The notes below the pieces were generated by a model. The model was not told the DNA's origin. It worked only from the letters and a program-made list of their open reading frames with translations, and did not search any database. Both the position numbers and the translations under genes were made by a program. A DNA stretch of 64,000 bases. Source: Salinivirgaceae bacterium (GTDB lineage: Bacteria; Bacteroidota; Bacteroidia; Bacteroidales; SZUA-534). The stretch is from assembly GCA_024405635.1 (NCBI GenBank), contig JAKSOL010000001.1, forward strand, positions 128,001 through 192,000, read 5' to 3'. Positions 8,665 to 19,136 of this stretch are shown one piece after another; the stretch's first letter is position 1, and each line of letters starts with the position of its first letter.

Positions 8665-11600
8665 CTATTGTTCGCAAACTGGGCGCACAGAGTAACCGTA
8701 GCATCGATATTCTCTGTTAATTTTTAAATCATTCATCTCTATAACCAAGTACGTCGCTTCAAATGCGCTGTAGCCTATTGAACGTGACCCATAGATGCCG
8801 CAAGTGGTGTATTTGGCTGTTTTTCTTATGCAGCCTGCTATAGGAAGAAAAATATGCTTATCATCAATAGTGTATTCGGTCGTTGATTTTTCGCTGCTTT
8901 TTAAAACCCTTTTGCCCATGTCGGCAGAGTCCTTCGCCTTATAGACAATATATCCATTAACTTTTTTGCCGTTGTATGATTCGGTAAATTCCCAATAGCA
9001 GGTGTTGTAGAGTTCCTCCAGTTGATCGTATGTCGGCATTTTCCAATTGCCGCCCCATGTCTGCACGGCTACATCATCGTCATCGTCAAGTTCTTTCTTA
9101 TCGTCAATAATTGAGCCATAACGGTCGTTATACTTGGTTAGAGTGTTATAGGTACCTTCACTCCATTTGTATGTGCTCCAGTCGTATCCAACCGAATAGC
9201 CATCTTTCCATGTCGGTTCGTCTGTGTTGCCGCCTGCTGAATAGTGAGTCTCAGTCTCACCCCATGCGTAGTAGTCGCCAAATTCTTCGGGGGTGTTAGC
9301 TCCTATGTTAGTGGTTGCCCAAAGGGTGCCGCTTGGCAGTTCAAGGTCAACATATTCAGGCTCTTTTATGGTTGTAAACTCAAAAGTTTTGCTTTTTAAT
9401 GTGATGTTGTTGTAATCAATTTGGGTGTAGTATTGGTATTTAGTCTCTGGGGTTAAGTCAGTTAAAACAAATACAAAGTTTGAGTCGTTAAGCTCTTGTG
9501 TTTGCCAATCTTCTGACGATGTTTTGTAGTATATTGAATATTTGGCACCATCGAGACTTGTAGTTTCAAGTTTTATGCGTGCTTGGTTGAAACCAACAGA
9601 TGCTGAACTTGTTTGCGGGATATTAATAACTGGGCGCACAGAGAACCCAGCGCTGCGATCGTAGTCGGATAAACTCACGTTGCTCGCGCTGAAGTCCAAG
9701 TAGTACGCGGCGTCGGATTCGTCCGCGCTGAGCGAACGCGACCAGTAGCAGCCGTTGTAGGCATGGAGATTCATATCCCAATAGCCAGCGACAGGAAGGA
9801 AAATAAAGTTGTCGTTCACGCGGCTCTTTACCTTATAGCCATAGACATCGTTTATTGATGTCCATTCCCAGTCGCACTCATTACGGAGTTCGTCCTGCTG
9901 TGTCTTGGTAGGCATCTTCCACGCTCCGCCCCATGCCTGTGCAGCTGCGTCGTCAGCATCTTCGAACTCGGTTTTGTTGTCAACAGTACCGTATGAACTG
10001 CTTGTGCAATATTTGGTCATTGTTGATGACGAATCATAGTACCACTTGTATGTGCTCCAGTTGTACTCACTTTTTGCTTCAGTTTCGCCCCAAGCAAAAA
10101 AGTTGCCTGCATCTTCGGGATTAAATGCTCCAACGTTGGTTGTTGCCCAAAGAGTGCCGCTTGGTAGTCCAAGGTCAATATACTCAGGTTCATTTGTGGT
10201 TGTGAATTTTAATGTGTCGCTGGTGTATGTGCGGTTGCGGTAATTAACTTGGGTGTAGTATTGGTACTCAGTGTTGCTGGTTAAGTCAGTCAAAACAAAT
10301 ACAAAGTTTGTGTCGTTAAGCTCTTGTGTTTGCCAATTTTCTAACGATTCTGTTTTGTAGTATATTGAATATTTGGCACCGTTGAGACTTGTAGTTTCAA
10401 GTTTAACGCGGGCTTGGTTGTAACCAATGGTTACAGTGCTTGTTTGCGGAATACTAATTTCTTTGTACTGAACTGGGCGAACAAACATGGGCACTGTATC
10501 AACTTCGCTAATTAAAATTTTGTACTGCCAATTTTCTTCTTTGGCAGTTTTCCTGAAGGTTAGATATTTGCGAGAATTGGTTTTTTCGTCAATTGTCGAT
10601 GTCCAATAGTTGCCGTAATAGAAATTGTTTTCGTAAGTGAATTTATCTGCGCGGAAGTAAATAGAATTGCCTTCGTATCCCTCAATTTTGCTAGTTACTT
10701 TATATCCTAACGTGGTGTGATAATCTGGGGTGTAGCTAATTAATTCCCATTCACAATATTTTTCGTTAAATAAATCTGCAAAATCTTCTGCGCTAGGCAA
10801 ACTCCAGTTTTCGTTCAATTCTTTTGATAGATATTCATTTCCTTCTTCGTAATTGTTGTCGGCGCCAATGTTGGTGGTTGCCCAAAGTGTGCCGCTTGGT
10901 AGTCCAAGGTCAACATATTCAATTTTAGGATTACGATTAACCTTCACTTTATACTCAACAACATCGCAAGTGTCGTATCGTTGAGTGTCTCCAGTGCCGC
11001 TGTATATAACTGGCTGAATTACAATAGTTACCGAGTCGTCTTTGTCGGCATATTGTTTTATGCTCGATTGATAGTCAATTGACAATGTGGCATTTTTTTC
11101 GCTTTGTTCAGTACCATAAATTGATAATGCACTGTCGTCTTCAATAAGAGTAATTTCAGAAATGGCATCTTCGTATAGTCGTGTTTGTTTAATTTTTACT
11201 GATGCTGAAACTAATGCCAATGCCTCATCTCCATCGTTAAGTGCGGTTATTTTTTGCGAAGGAACAAGTTCAAAACGCAGACCAATTATACCAGTGTTAA
11301 CTCCTTCTTCATTGTTCCAACTTTCCAATAGCTTTAAGTTTGGATTTTCGGGAATACCTAAAACTCCAACCTCTCCGGTTTCGGTTACAACCTTTTCGGT
11401 AGCAACCACTTCTTCAACAGTAAAAGTAACGCTGTCGGTGCTAACAACCATAAGTTGCACTTGAGGTTCGTCAACCTTGGCAATTGCAAAAGTAGCATTG
11501 TCGTTTAGGTAAATGCGGGTGCTGTCGGCCGAAAGGGTAAAGTAGTCGCGTTCGCTGGTTGTGTTTTTAGCGCCGCTGCGTCCACGTACAGCAAAAGCCG

Positions 11601-12465
11601 ATTTTGCAGCTTTTGACTCGTCGGTGTTAACGTAAATAACTGTGCCGGTAGCATCAATTTTAAAAGTTACGTTTGATTTAGCGCCGCTGCGTCCGCGCAC
11701 TGCAAAGGCCGATTTTGCAGCTTTTGAGTCTTCGTCGTCAATGTAAACAACGGTGCCGTTGGCATCAACCACAAAACTATCGTCGCCACCTTTAGCGCCG
11801 CTGCGTCCACGCACTGCAAAGGCCGATTTTGCGGCTTTCGATTCGTCGTCGTTAACATAAACGGTTGTACCATCGCTGTTTACAACCAAAATATCTTCGG
11901 TGCTTTTAGCTCCGCTACGTCCGCGAACAGCAAAAGCCGATTTTGCAGCTTTTGAGTCGTTGGCGTCAATGTAAACAGTTGCGCCGTTTTCGGTAATTTC
12001 AAACACAACATCGCCGTTTGCGTTAACCACGCTGAATATTGAACCGGTTGTGTTGCCGTCGGCTTGTATGGCTTTTGGGTATTGTGCAGCGTACAAAGCG
12101 TAAGGAACGGCATTTAGTTTGTTGGTTATCATTGCGCCAAAGTTTGACCCGTTTTTCAAATCGAACTCAAGGCCAATGTTTAAGTTCATTTTGCTCCAAG
12201 GTATAGCGTCAAAACTGCCTGCAAGAGCATTGCCCATGCCAACATTTAGCGAAACGTGACCAAAGGAGTTGGTTTTAACCGATTGCAGTTCTTTGTAGCA
12301 AACCGAATCGTTTGCCAAAATGCTGATGCGCACTGCAACTTGTTGGTTGCTTACAACAGCTTGGTTAGCATCGCGCACAACTGCTTGATATACAAAACTT
12401 TTTTGAGCAAAAGAGTGGCTTAAAACACCGCAAAGCATTAGAGCCAGCAAAAGGATTTTTTTCAT
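8665..12465 (-). CDS. Secreted modular surface protein, paralog A: conserved N-domain, 4x SKAAKSAFAVRGRSGAK repeats, 3 tip domains (DUF1566/Fib_succ_major-like), 2 FN3-like spacers
   Basis: SPI-type signal peptide, N-domain YQAVVRD...AVPYALYA, three Y(V/I)DL(G/E)LPSGTLWATTN...VRPV domains separated by two similar spacers of about 90 aa. The fold assignment is inference from motifs. Confidence 0.8.
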   Translation of the reverse strand: MKKILLLALMLCGVLSHSFAQKSFVYQAVVRDANQAVVSNQQVAVRISILANDSVCYKELQSVKTNSFGHVSLNVGMGNALAGSFDAIPWSKMNLNIGLEFDLKNGSNFGAMITNKLNAVPYALYAAQYPKAIQADGNTTGSIFSVVNANGDVVFEITENGATVYIDANDSKAAKSAFAVRGRSGAKSTEDILVVNSDGTTVYVNDDESKAAKSAFAVRGRSGAKGGDDSFVVDANGTVVYIDDEDSKAAKSAFAVRGRSGAKSNVTFKIDATGTVIYVNTDESKAAKSAFAVRGRSGAKNTTSERDYFTLSADSTRIYLNDNATFAIAKVDEPQVQLMVVSTDSVTFTVEEVVATEKVVTETGEVGVLGIPENPNLKLLESWNNEEGVNTGIIGLRFELVPSQKITALNDGDEALALVSASVKIKQTRLYEDAISEITLIEDDSALSIYGTEQSEKNATLSIDYQSSIKQYADKDDSVTIVIQPVIYSGTGDTQRYDTCDVVEYKVKVNRNPKIEYVDLGLPSGTLWATTNIGADNNYEEGNEYLSKELNENWSLPSAEDFADLFNEKYCEWELISYTPDYHTTLGYKVTSKIEGYEGNSIYFRADKFTYENNFYYGNYWTSTIDEKTNSRKYLTFRKTAKEENWQYKILISEVDTVPMFVRPVQYKEISIPQTSTVTIGYNQARVKLETTSLNGAKYSIYYKTESLENWQTQELNDTNFVFVLTDLTSNTEYQYYTQVNYRNRTYTSDTLKFTTTNEPEYIDLGLPSGTLWATTNVGAFNPEDAGNFFAWGETEAKSEYNWSTYKWYYDSSSTMTKYCTSSSYGTVDNKTEFEDADDAAAQAWGGAWKMPTKTQQDELRNECDWEWTSINDVYGYKVKSRVNDNFIFLPVAGYWDMNLHAYNGCYWSRSLSADESDAAYYLDFSASNVSLSDYDRSAGFSVRPVINIPQTSSASVGFNQARIKLETTSLDGAKYSIYYKTSSEDWQTQELNDSNFVFVLTDLTPETKYQYYTQIDYNNITLKSKTFEFTTIKEPEYVDLELPSGTLWATTNIGANTPEEFGDYYAWGETETHYSAGGNTDEPTWKDGYSVGYDWSTYKWSEGTYNTLTKYNDRYGSIIDDKKELDDDDDVAVQTWGGNWKMPTYDQLEELYNTCYWEFTESYNGKKVNGYIVYKAKDSADMGKRVLKSSEKSTTEYTIDDKHIFLPIAGCIRKTAKYTTCGIYGSRSIGYSAFEATYLVIEMNDLKINREYRCYGYSVRPVCEQ
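11566..11959 (-). repeat. Four coding repeats (SKAAKSAFAVRGRSGAK), period 111-114 bp; same array at 16288-16681
   Basis: On the plus strand TTTAGCNCCGCT units begin at 11566, 11677, 11791 and 11905. Confidence 0.9.
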
Positions 12466-12547
12466 TTTATATAGTACTTATAAATGCGGCCCAAAGTTAA
12501 TTCAATTATTAGAATTGAGGATTGAAAATATGACTTATGTCAATGAA
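11615..12547. repeat. Direct repeat copy 1 (about 933 bp, identical to 16337-17269 by eye)
   Basis: Offset is 4722 bp. Main-frame and alternative-frame ORF translations are identical. Nearest mismatches are at 11614/16336 and 12548/17270. Confidence 0.9.
12492..12499 (-). promoter_or_regulatory. Bacteroidetes -7 box (TAACTTTG) for paralog A; identical copy at 17214-17221
   Basis: Matches TAnnTTTG, 27 bp upstream of the ATG. A TGAC-N4-GTCA palindrome lies at 12531-12542. Confidence 0.65.
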
Positions 12548-12607
12548 ATTTTTTGTGTTTTACACACAATGAAGTGGAGCCTTAGGCACCAAGTGAGGTT
12601 TAGACAT

Positions 12608-12658
12608 AAAAAATCCCAATTCCTAAAAAGCCGAGAGGCAATAAGGTAATTGGGATTT
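12608..12658 (-). terminator. Intrinsic terminator of thiC
   Basis: AAATCCCAATT...AATTGGGATTT stem with an A-run on the distal side. Confidence 0.7.
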
Positions 12659-12680
12659 GTGGGAAAAATGTAACAAGCCG

Positions 12681-14408
<1,728 letters not shown>

Positions 14409-14454
14409 TTATTTCAAAATGTCGTTTGTAGCATGCACTTTTATTTGTGCGGTT

Positions 14455-14462
14455 CAAAGGTA
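14455..14462 (-). promoter_or_regulatory. Putative -7 box (TACCTTTG) for thiC
   Basis: TAnnTTTG match about 70 bp upstream of the thiC ATG. The -33 element is weak. Confidence 0.5.
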
Positions 14463-14614
14463 ATTCGTTCGGTTGATTTATAGTTGCATTTTATTCACGT
14501 TTAGCAAACATGCGGTGTTAAATTATGGTTTGAGACGTGTTTTATGTTGTGTAATAGCTTGTTTGTGTCGATAACAAATGCCTTTGATATTTGTTTTTAA
14601 TTGTTAGCAAAACT

Positions 14615-14644
14615 AAAAAGCGAGACTTGTTGGCCTCGCTTTTT
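14615..14644 (-). terminator. Intrinsic terminator of paralog B
   Basis: AAAAAGCGAG-N10-CTCGCTTTTT, symmetric. Confidence 0.8.
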
Positions 14645-14673
14645 GTATTATTAACTGACTTGGTTATTATTTA

Positions 14674-17187
14674 CTAATGAACCCCTGCATTTAAATCCTC
14701 TGATGGAATTGGTGGGGTTAGAGAATGTATTTTAACTGGGCGAATTGGAATTCCGTATTTGCGATTAATGTGGTCGTTTTTAATTTCAGATTGCTCGAGG
14801 TATATTACTTTAGCATAATCTGAATAGCTTACAGATAGAGAATTTAACCAATAATAGTTGTTGTAACTTGCGATTTCTGTGTTAACGAAGTAATGTGCAG
14901 CGGGAAGGAAAATATGGGAATCACTTAAGCCGTATTCACCTGTTGGGTTAATCACCGAGTTACTATTTACTATTTTGCCTTTGTCGCTATCGTCTTTTGT
15001 TTGATAAACGATGAATCCTGATGTGTTTGTGTTGTTGTAATCGTTTGTCCACTCAAAATAGCAATTTCTAAGGAGCTCATTGAATTGTTCGTTTGTTGGC
15101 ATTTGCCAGCCGTCTCCCCATATTTGTGCGGCTGCGTCGTCTTCTTTTTCTAGTACAATTATGCTATCGCCAATAAAATTATTGTTTGAATCATACCATA
15201 TACCGTTATACTGGCCGTCTGCTGCCTGGTATTTATTCACGAAATTCCATTCAGATTTACCATCCTGCATGTGCTTATAGGTACTCCAAGAGTAGTTTTC
15301 TTTGGCTTCAGTTTCGCCCCAAGCAAAATAGTCGCCTGCATCTTCGGGATTTAATGCTCCAACGTTGGTTGTTGCCCAAAGAGTGCCGCTTGGTAGTCCA
15401 AAGTCAACATACTCAGGTTCATTAGTGGTTGTGAATTCTAATGTGTCGCTTTTAAATGTGCGGTTGCGGTATTCAATTTGGGTGTAGTATTTGTATTTAG
15501 TGTTGCTGGTTAAGTTAGTTAAAACAAATACAAAGTTTTCGTTTCCAAGTCCTTTTGATTGCCAATCTTCTGACGATGCAGCTTTGTAGTGTATTGAGTA
15601 TTCTGCGTCATTCAAACTTGAAGTTTCAAGTTTTATGCGAACTTGGTTGTATCCATTAGTTATTGTGCTTGTCTGCTTTATTCCTGCTTTACCATTAATC
15701 TTCAATTTGTATTCTATGCTTTGACAATCATAATTTTCGGCATCAGTAACACCAATACTTAATATTGGATGTATTAAAAGAGAAATATTTTCTTCTTCGT
15801 CAACATATTGCCCCGCGTATTCAATGTTATAACCAAAACTTAGCGTTGCTTGATTTCTGTTTGGGTCTAAATATGATGTTGTGTAATAAATAAAATTACT
15901 ATTTGTAGTGCTATCGGGCATTATTACAATGTTACAGTTGATATTTGCACTAATATTGTTTAGTGTAGGCACTTTTTGACAAGGAATGTAGTTGAATGTA
16001 ATGCAAACCTGTTTTTGGTTTACATCTAGACTATCAATTTCAATAGAGCTAATTGTAAAAGTAGGGTCTTTAGCAAGTCCAATAATTTCAACTTCTCCAG
16101 TTTCGGTTGCAATGTTTTCGGTAACAACCACTTCTTCAACAGTAAAGGTTACGCTATCGGTGCTTACGGCCATAAGTTGCACTTGAGGTTCGTCAACCTT
16201 GGCAATTGCAAAAGTGGCATCGTCGTTCAGGTAAATGCGGGTGCTATCGGCCGAAAGGGTAAAGTAGTCGCGTTCGTTGGTTGTGTTTTTAGCACCGCTG
16301 CGACCACGTACCGCAAAAGCCGATTTTGCAGCTTTCGACTCGTCGGTGTTAACGTAAATAACTGTGCCGGTAGCATCAATTTTAAAAGTTACGTTTGATT
16401 TAGCGCCGCTGCGTCCGCGCACTGCAAAGGCCGATTTTGCAGCTTTTGAGTCTTCGTCGTCAATGTAAACAACGGTGCCGTTGGCATCAACCACAAAACT
16501 ATCGTCGCCACCTTTAGCGCCGCTGCGTCCACGCACTGCAAAGGCCGATTTTGCGGCTTTCGATTCGTCGTCGTTAACATAAACGGTTGTACCATCGCTG
16601 TTTACAACCAAAATATCTTCGGTGCTTTTAGCTCCGCTACGTCCGCGAACAGCAAAAGCCGATTTTGCAGCTTTTGAGTCGTTGGCGTCAATGTAAACAG
16701 TTGCGCCGTTTTCGGTAATTTCAAACACAACATCGCCGTTTGCGTTAACCACGCTGAATATTGAACCGGTTGTGTTGCCGTCGGCTTGTATGGCTTTTGG
16801 GTATTGTGCAGCGTACAAAGCGTAAGGAACGGCATTTAGTTTGTTGGTTATCATTGCGCCAAAGTTTGACCCGTTTTTCAAATCGAACTCAAGGCCAATG
16901 TTTAAGTTCATTTTGCTCCAAGGTATAGCGTCAAAACTGCCTGCAAGAGCATTGCCCATGCCAACATTTAGCGAAACGTGACCAAAGGAGTTGGTTTTAA
17001 CCGATTGCAGTTCTTTGTAGCAAACCGAATCGTTTGCCAAAATGCTGATGCGCACTGCAACTTGTTGGTTGCTTACAACAGCTTGGTTAGCATCGCGCAC
17101 AACTGCTTGATATACAAAACTTTTTTGAGCAAAAGAGTGGCTTAAAACACCGCAAAGCATTAGAGCCAGCAAAAGGATTTTTTTCAT
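14674..17187 (-). CDS. Secreted modular surface protein, paralog B: same N-half as A, one FN3-like spacer, one tip domain
   Basis: First about 300 aa identical to 8665..12465, near-identical to about aa 365, then divergent. Contains YVDFGLPSGTLWATTNVGA...GIPIRPV. Confidence 0.8.
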   Translation of the reverse strand: MKKILLLALMLCGVLSHSFAQKSFVYQAVVRDANQAVVSNQQVAVRISILANDSVCYKELQSVKTNSFGHVSLNVGMGNALAGSFDAIPWSKMNLNIGLEFDLKNGSNFGAMITNKLNAVPYALYAAQYPKAIQADGNTTGSIFSVVNANGDVVFEITENGATVYIDANDSKAAKSAFAVRGRSGAKSTEDILVVNSDGTTVYVNDDESKAAKSAFAVRGRSGAKGGDDSFVVDANGTVVYIDDEDSKAAKSAFAVRGRSGAKSNVTFKIDATGTVIYVNTDESKAAKSAFAVRGRSGAKNTTNERDYFTLSADSTRIYLNDDATFAIAKVDEPQVQLMAVSTDSVTFTVEEVVVTENIATETGEVEIIGLAKDPTFTISSIEIDSLDVNQKQVCITFNYIPCQKVPTLNNISANINCNIVIMPDSTTNSNFIYYTTSYLDPNRNQATLSFGYNIEYAGQYVDEEENISLLIHPILSIGVTDAENYDCQSIEYKLKINGKAGIKQTSTITNGYNQVRIKLETSSLNDAEYSIHYKAASSEDWQSKGLGNENFVFVLTNLTSNTKYKYYTQIEYRNRTFKSDTLEFTTTNEPEYVDFGLPSGTLWATTNVGALNPEDAGDYFAWGETEAKENYSWSTYKHMQDGKSEWNFVNKYQAADGQYNGIWYDSNNNFIGDSIIVLEKEDDAAAQIWGDGWQMPTNEQFNELLRNCYFEWTNDYNNTNTSGFIVYQTKDDSDKGKIVNSNSVINPTGEYGLSDSHIFLPAAHYFVNTEIASYNNYYWLNSLSVSYSDYAKVIYLEQSEIKNDHINRKYGIPIRPVKIHSLTPPIPSEDLNAGVH

Positions 17188-17269
17188 TTTATATAGTACT
17201 TATAAATGCGGCCCAAAGTTAATTCAATTATTAGAATTGAGGATTGAAAATATGACTTATGTCAATGAA
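16337..17269. repeat. Direct repeat copy 2 (identical to 11615-12547 by eye)
   Basis: Includes the promoter, signal peptide and most of the repeat array. Confidence 0.9.
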
Positions 17270-17490
17270 TTTTTTTGTTATTAGATGCTTGCTTTTTTTT
17301 TAGTGGAGAATTTTGGGGTTTCTTTTGGGATAAACTAAAACTGTTATCGGCAATGTGCAGATATTCATGTTGTTAGGATAAACTGAAAGAGATAGTGTTT
17401 GAGGCGAGACAGACTTTTTTTTGAACATCTAAAAATGAGCAAGCATTGTCTGTTTAGTAAAGTAGCTAGGGTAGGGCCCATAAATAGCAA

Positions 17491-17523
17491 AACCCCCACT
17501 TAAACAATGATAAGTGGAGGTTT
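17491..17523 (-). terminator. Hairpin/terminator downstream of tRNA-Arg
   Basis: AACCCCCACTTA...TAAGTGGAGGTT stem next to an A-run. Confidence 0.6.
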
Positions 17524-17534
17524 AGAAAGTTTAG

Positions 17535-17608
17535 TGACCCCGGCGGGATTCAAACCCACAACCTTTTGATCCGTAGTCAAATGCTCTATTCAGTTGAGCT
17601 ACGGGGCC
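17535..17608 (-). tRNA. tRNA-Arg (anticodon ACG), CCA not encoded
   Basis: GGCCCCGTAGCTCAACTGAATAGAGCATTTGACT-ACG-GATCAAAAGGTTGTGGGTTTGAATCCCGCCGGGGTCA folds into a cloverleaf. Confidence 0.95.
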
Positions 17609-17705
17609 GAAACCGTTTGCAAAAGTAGTGTTTTTTCTTTACCACAATCACTTTACGGCAATTTTTTTTAAAATAATTTAAGTTATATATATAACTGCTT
17701 TATAA

Positions 17706-18593
17706 TCAGCAATTTATTTTCGCTCTCAAGCTATTGATTTTTTCAAATAAAGAGTCGCTTACAGGGGCTAAAGGCAAACGAACTTCGTTTTTTATCATTC
17801 CCATTTGAGTTAAATAGGCTTTTGCACCCGATGGACTGCCCTCGGCAAACAAGGTGTCTATAATGTCAAGGTATTGGTAGTGTATTGCTTTTGACTCTTC
17901 AAATTTTCCGTCAAGAGCTAAATGTACGACCTTGCTAAAGGCTGCTGGATATACGTTTTGTAAAACAGAAATTACACCATCAAATCCACAAGCTATAAGA
18001 GGAAGAGTAAGTGCATCGTCGCCCGATATGATTAGAAAGTCTTTTGGACGGCGAGCAGCAATTGCCATGCCTTGAGCTACATTGCCCGAAGCTTCTTTTA
18101 TGCCAATAATGTTTTTGCATTCGTTAGCAAGGCGAATAACTACGTCAACTGAAATGTTTATGCCTGTTCGCCCAGGTACATTATATAGAAGAATTGGTTT
18201 GCTTGTGCCGTTTGCTAGTGTTTTAAAGTGTTGATATACACCATTTTGGTTTGGCTTGTTATAGAAAGGTGCAACTGATAAAAATGCATCTATTCCATCA
18301 ACCTTTTCAAATTCTTGCATCATTTTTAGCACGTCGGCGGTGTTGTTTCCTCCGCAACCTACAACCAAAGGCACTCGTTTGTTGATTTTCTTGATAATGA
18401 AATCCAACAATTCATTTTTTTCTTGTGCCGACATTGTGGCAGGTTCGCCTGTGGTTCCAAGAGCTACAATGTAGTCGGTGCCGTTGTCAATTTGAAAATC
18501 AATTAGGTTGCTCAACGCATTGTAATCAATGCTGCCATCGGTATTGAAAGGGGTGATGAGCGCCACACCGACGCCCTTTAATCTATTTGTCAT
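17706..18593 (-). CDS. dapA: 4-hydroxy-tetrahydrodipicolinate synthase
   Basis: ALITPF, GTTGE, LYNVPGRTG, IGIKEASG (Schiff-base Lys) and SGDD. Confidence 0.96.
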   Translation of the reverse strand: MTNRLKGVGVALITPFNTDGSIDYNALSNLIDFQIDNGTDYIVALGTTGEPATMSAQEKNELLDFIIKKINKRVPLVVGCGGNNTADVLKMMQEFEKVDGIDAFLSVAPFYNKPNQNGVYQHFKTLANGTSKPILLYNVPGRTGINISVDVVIRLANECKNIIGIKEASGNVAQGMAIAARRPKDFLIISGDDALTLPLIACGFDGVISVLQNVYPAAFSKVVHLALDGKFEESKAIHYQYLDIIDTLFAEGSPSGAKAYLTQMGMIKNEVRLPLAPVSDSLFEKINSLRAKINC

Positions 18594-18599
18594 AGTTTG

Positions 18600-19136
18600 T
18601 TAGTTAAGTTGCTGTAAGTAAAGTGTTATTTGTTCAATATAGTACTCGGCCGGTTGTTCGCTTGGTATGCTAAGCATAATGTCGAAAGGCGAAACATCGG
18701 CATATCGGCCTATTTTGAGTTTTGCTTGTGATGCTTGAATTAACTTTTGCATAGGGTAGTACTCTGATGCGTTTATGTCAATAAGCAAGTCGAATGTTGA
18801 GTTTTCAAATTGTTTGGCTTCTGTGGTGTTTGGGTGCAACAAAAAGTCTAATTCCTTATCTGATATCAATTTTATTGACGAATCAGCAAACTCATCAGGT
18901 AGTTTTTTTGCAGGAACATATCCAAGTATGTTCACATTTGCACCATACGCTTTCAGTTTTGTTATTGCCGAATCAAACGAGTGCAGTTCTTGTCGCGAAT
19001 TGGCAGCTAGAGTGATGCCTATAGTTTTAGCGTTTTGCAACGAGCAAATGGTGATAGCACGATTGCTATTGTTGCTTTTTGCAAACAATTTGCTCAATGT
19101 GAGCCGTATAAAACTATATTTTCTCTGCATCTTCAA
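18600..19136 (-). CDS. Conserved Bacteroidetes protein (DUF6913-like) upstream of dapA
   Basis: FDLLIDI and ASQAKLKIG motifs; sits between secA and dapA with no gap. Confidence 0.65.
   Translation of the reverse strand: MKMQRKYSFIRLTLSKLFAKSNNSNRAITICSLQNAKTIGITLAANSRQELHSFDSAITKLKAYGANVNILGYVPAKKLPDEFADSSIKLISDKELDFLLHPNTTEAKQFENSTFDLLIDINASEYYPMQKLIQASQAKLKIGRYADVSPFDIMLSIPSEQPAEYYIEQITLYLQQLN

Noticed and set aside
8289-8720. Four short overlapping ORFs (8289-8552, 8374-8631, 8411-8608, 8433-8720)
   Set aside because: They are translations of the REP palindromes (VETSHAASP, TWHAASLR) and cross a terminator; there is no coding signature.
11566-11959. Regularly spaced 50-bp repeats as a CRISPR array
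   Set aside because: They are in-frame coding repeats with synonymous variation and periods divisible by 3.
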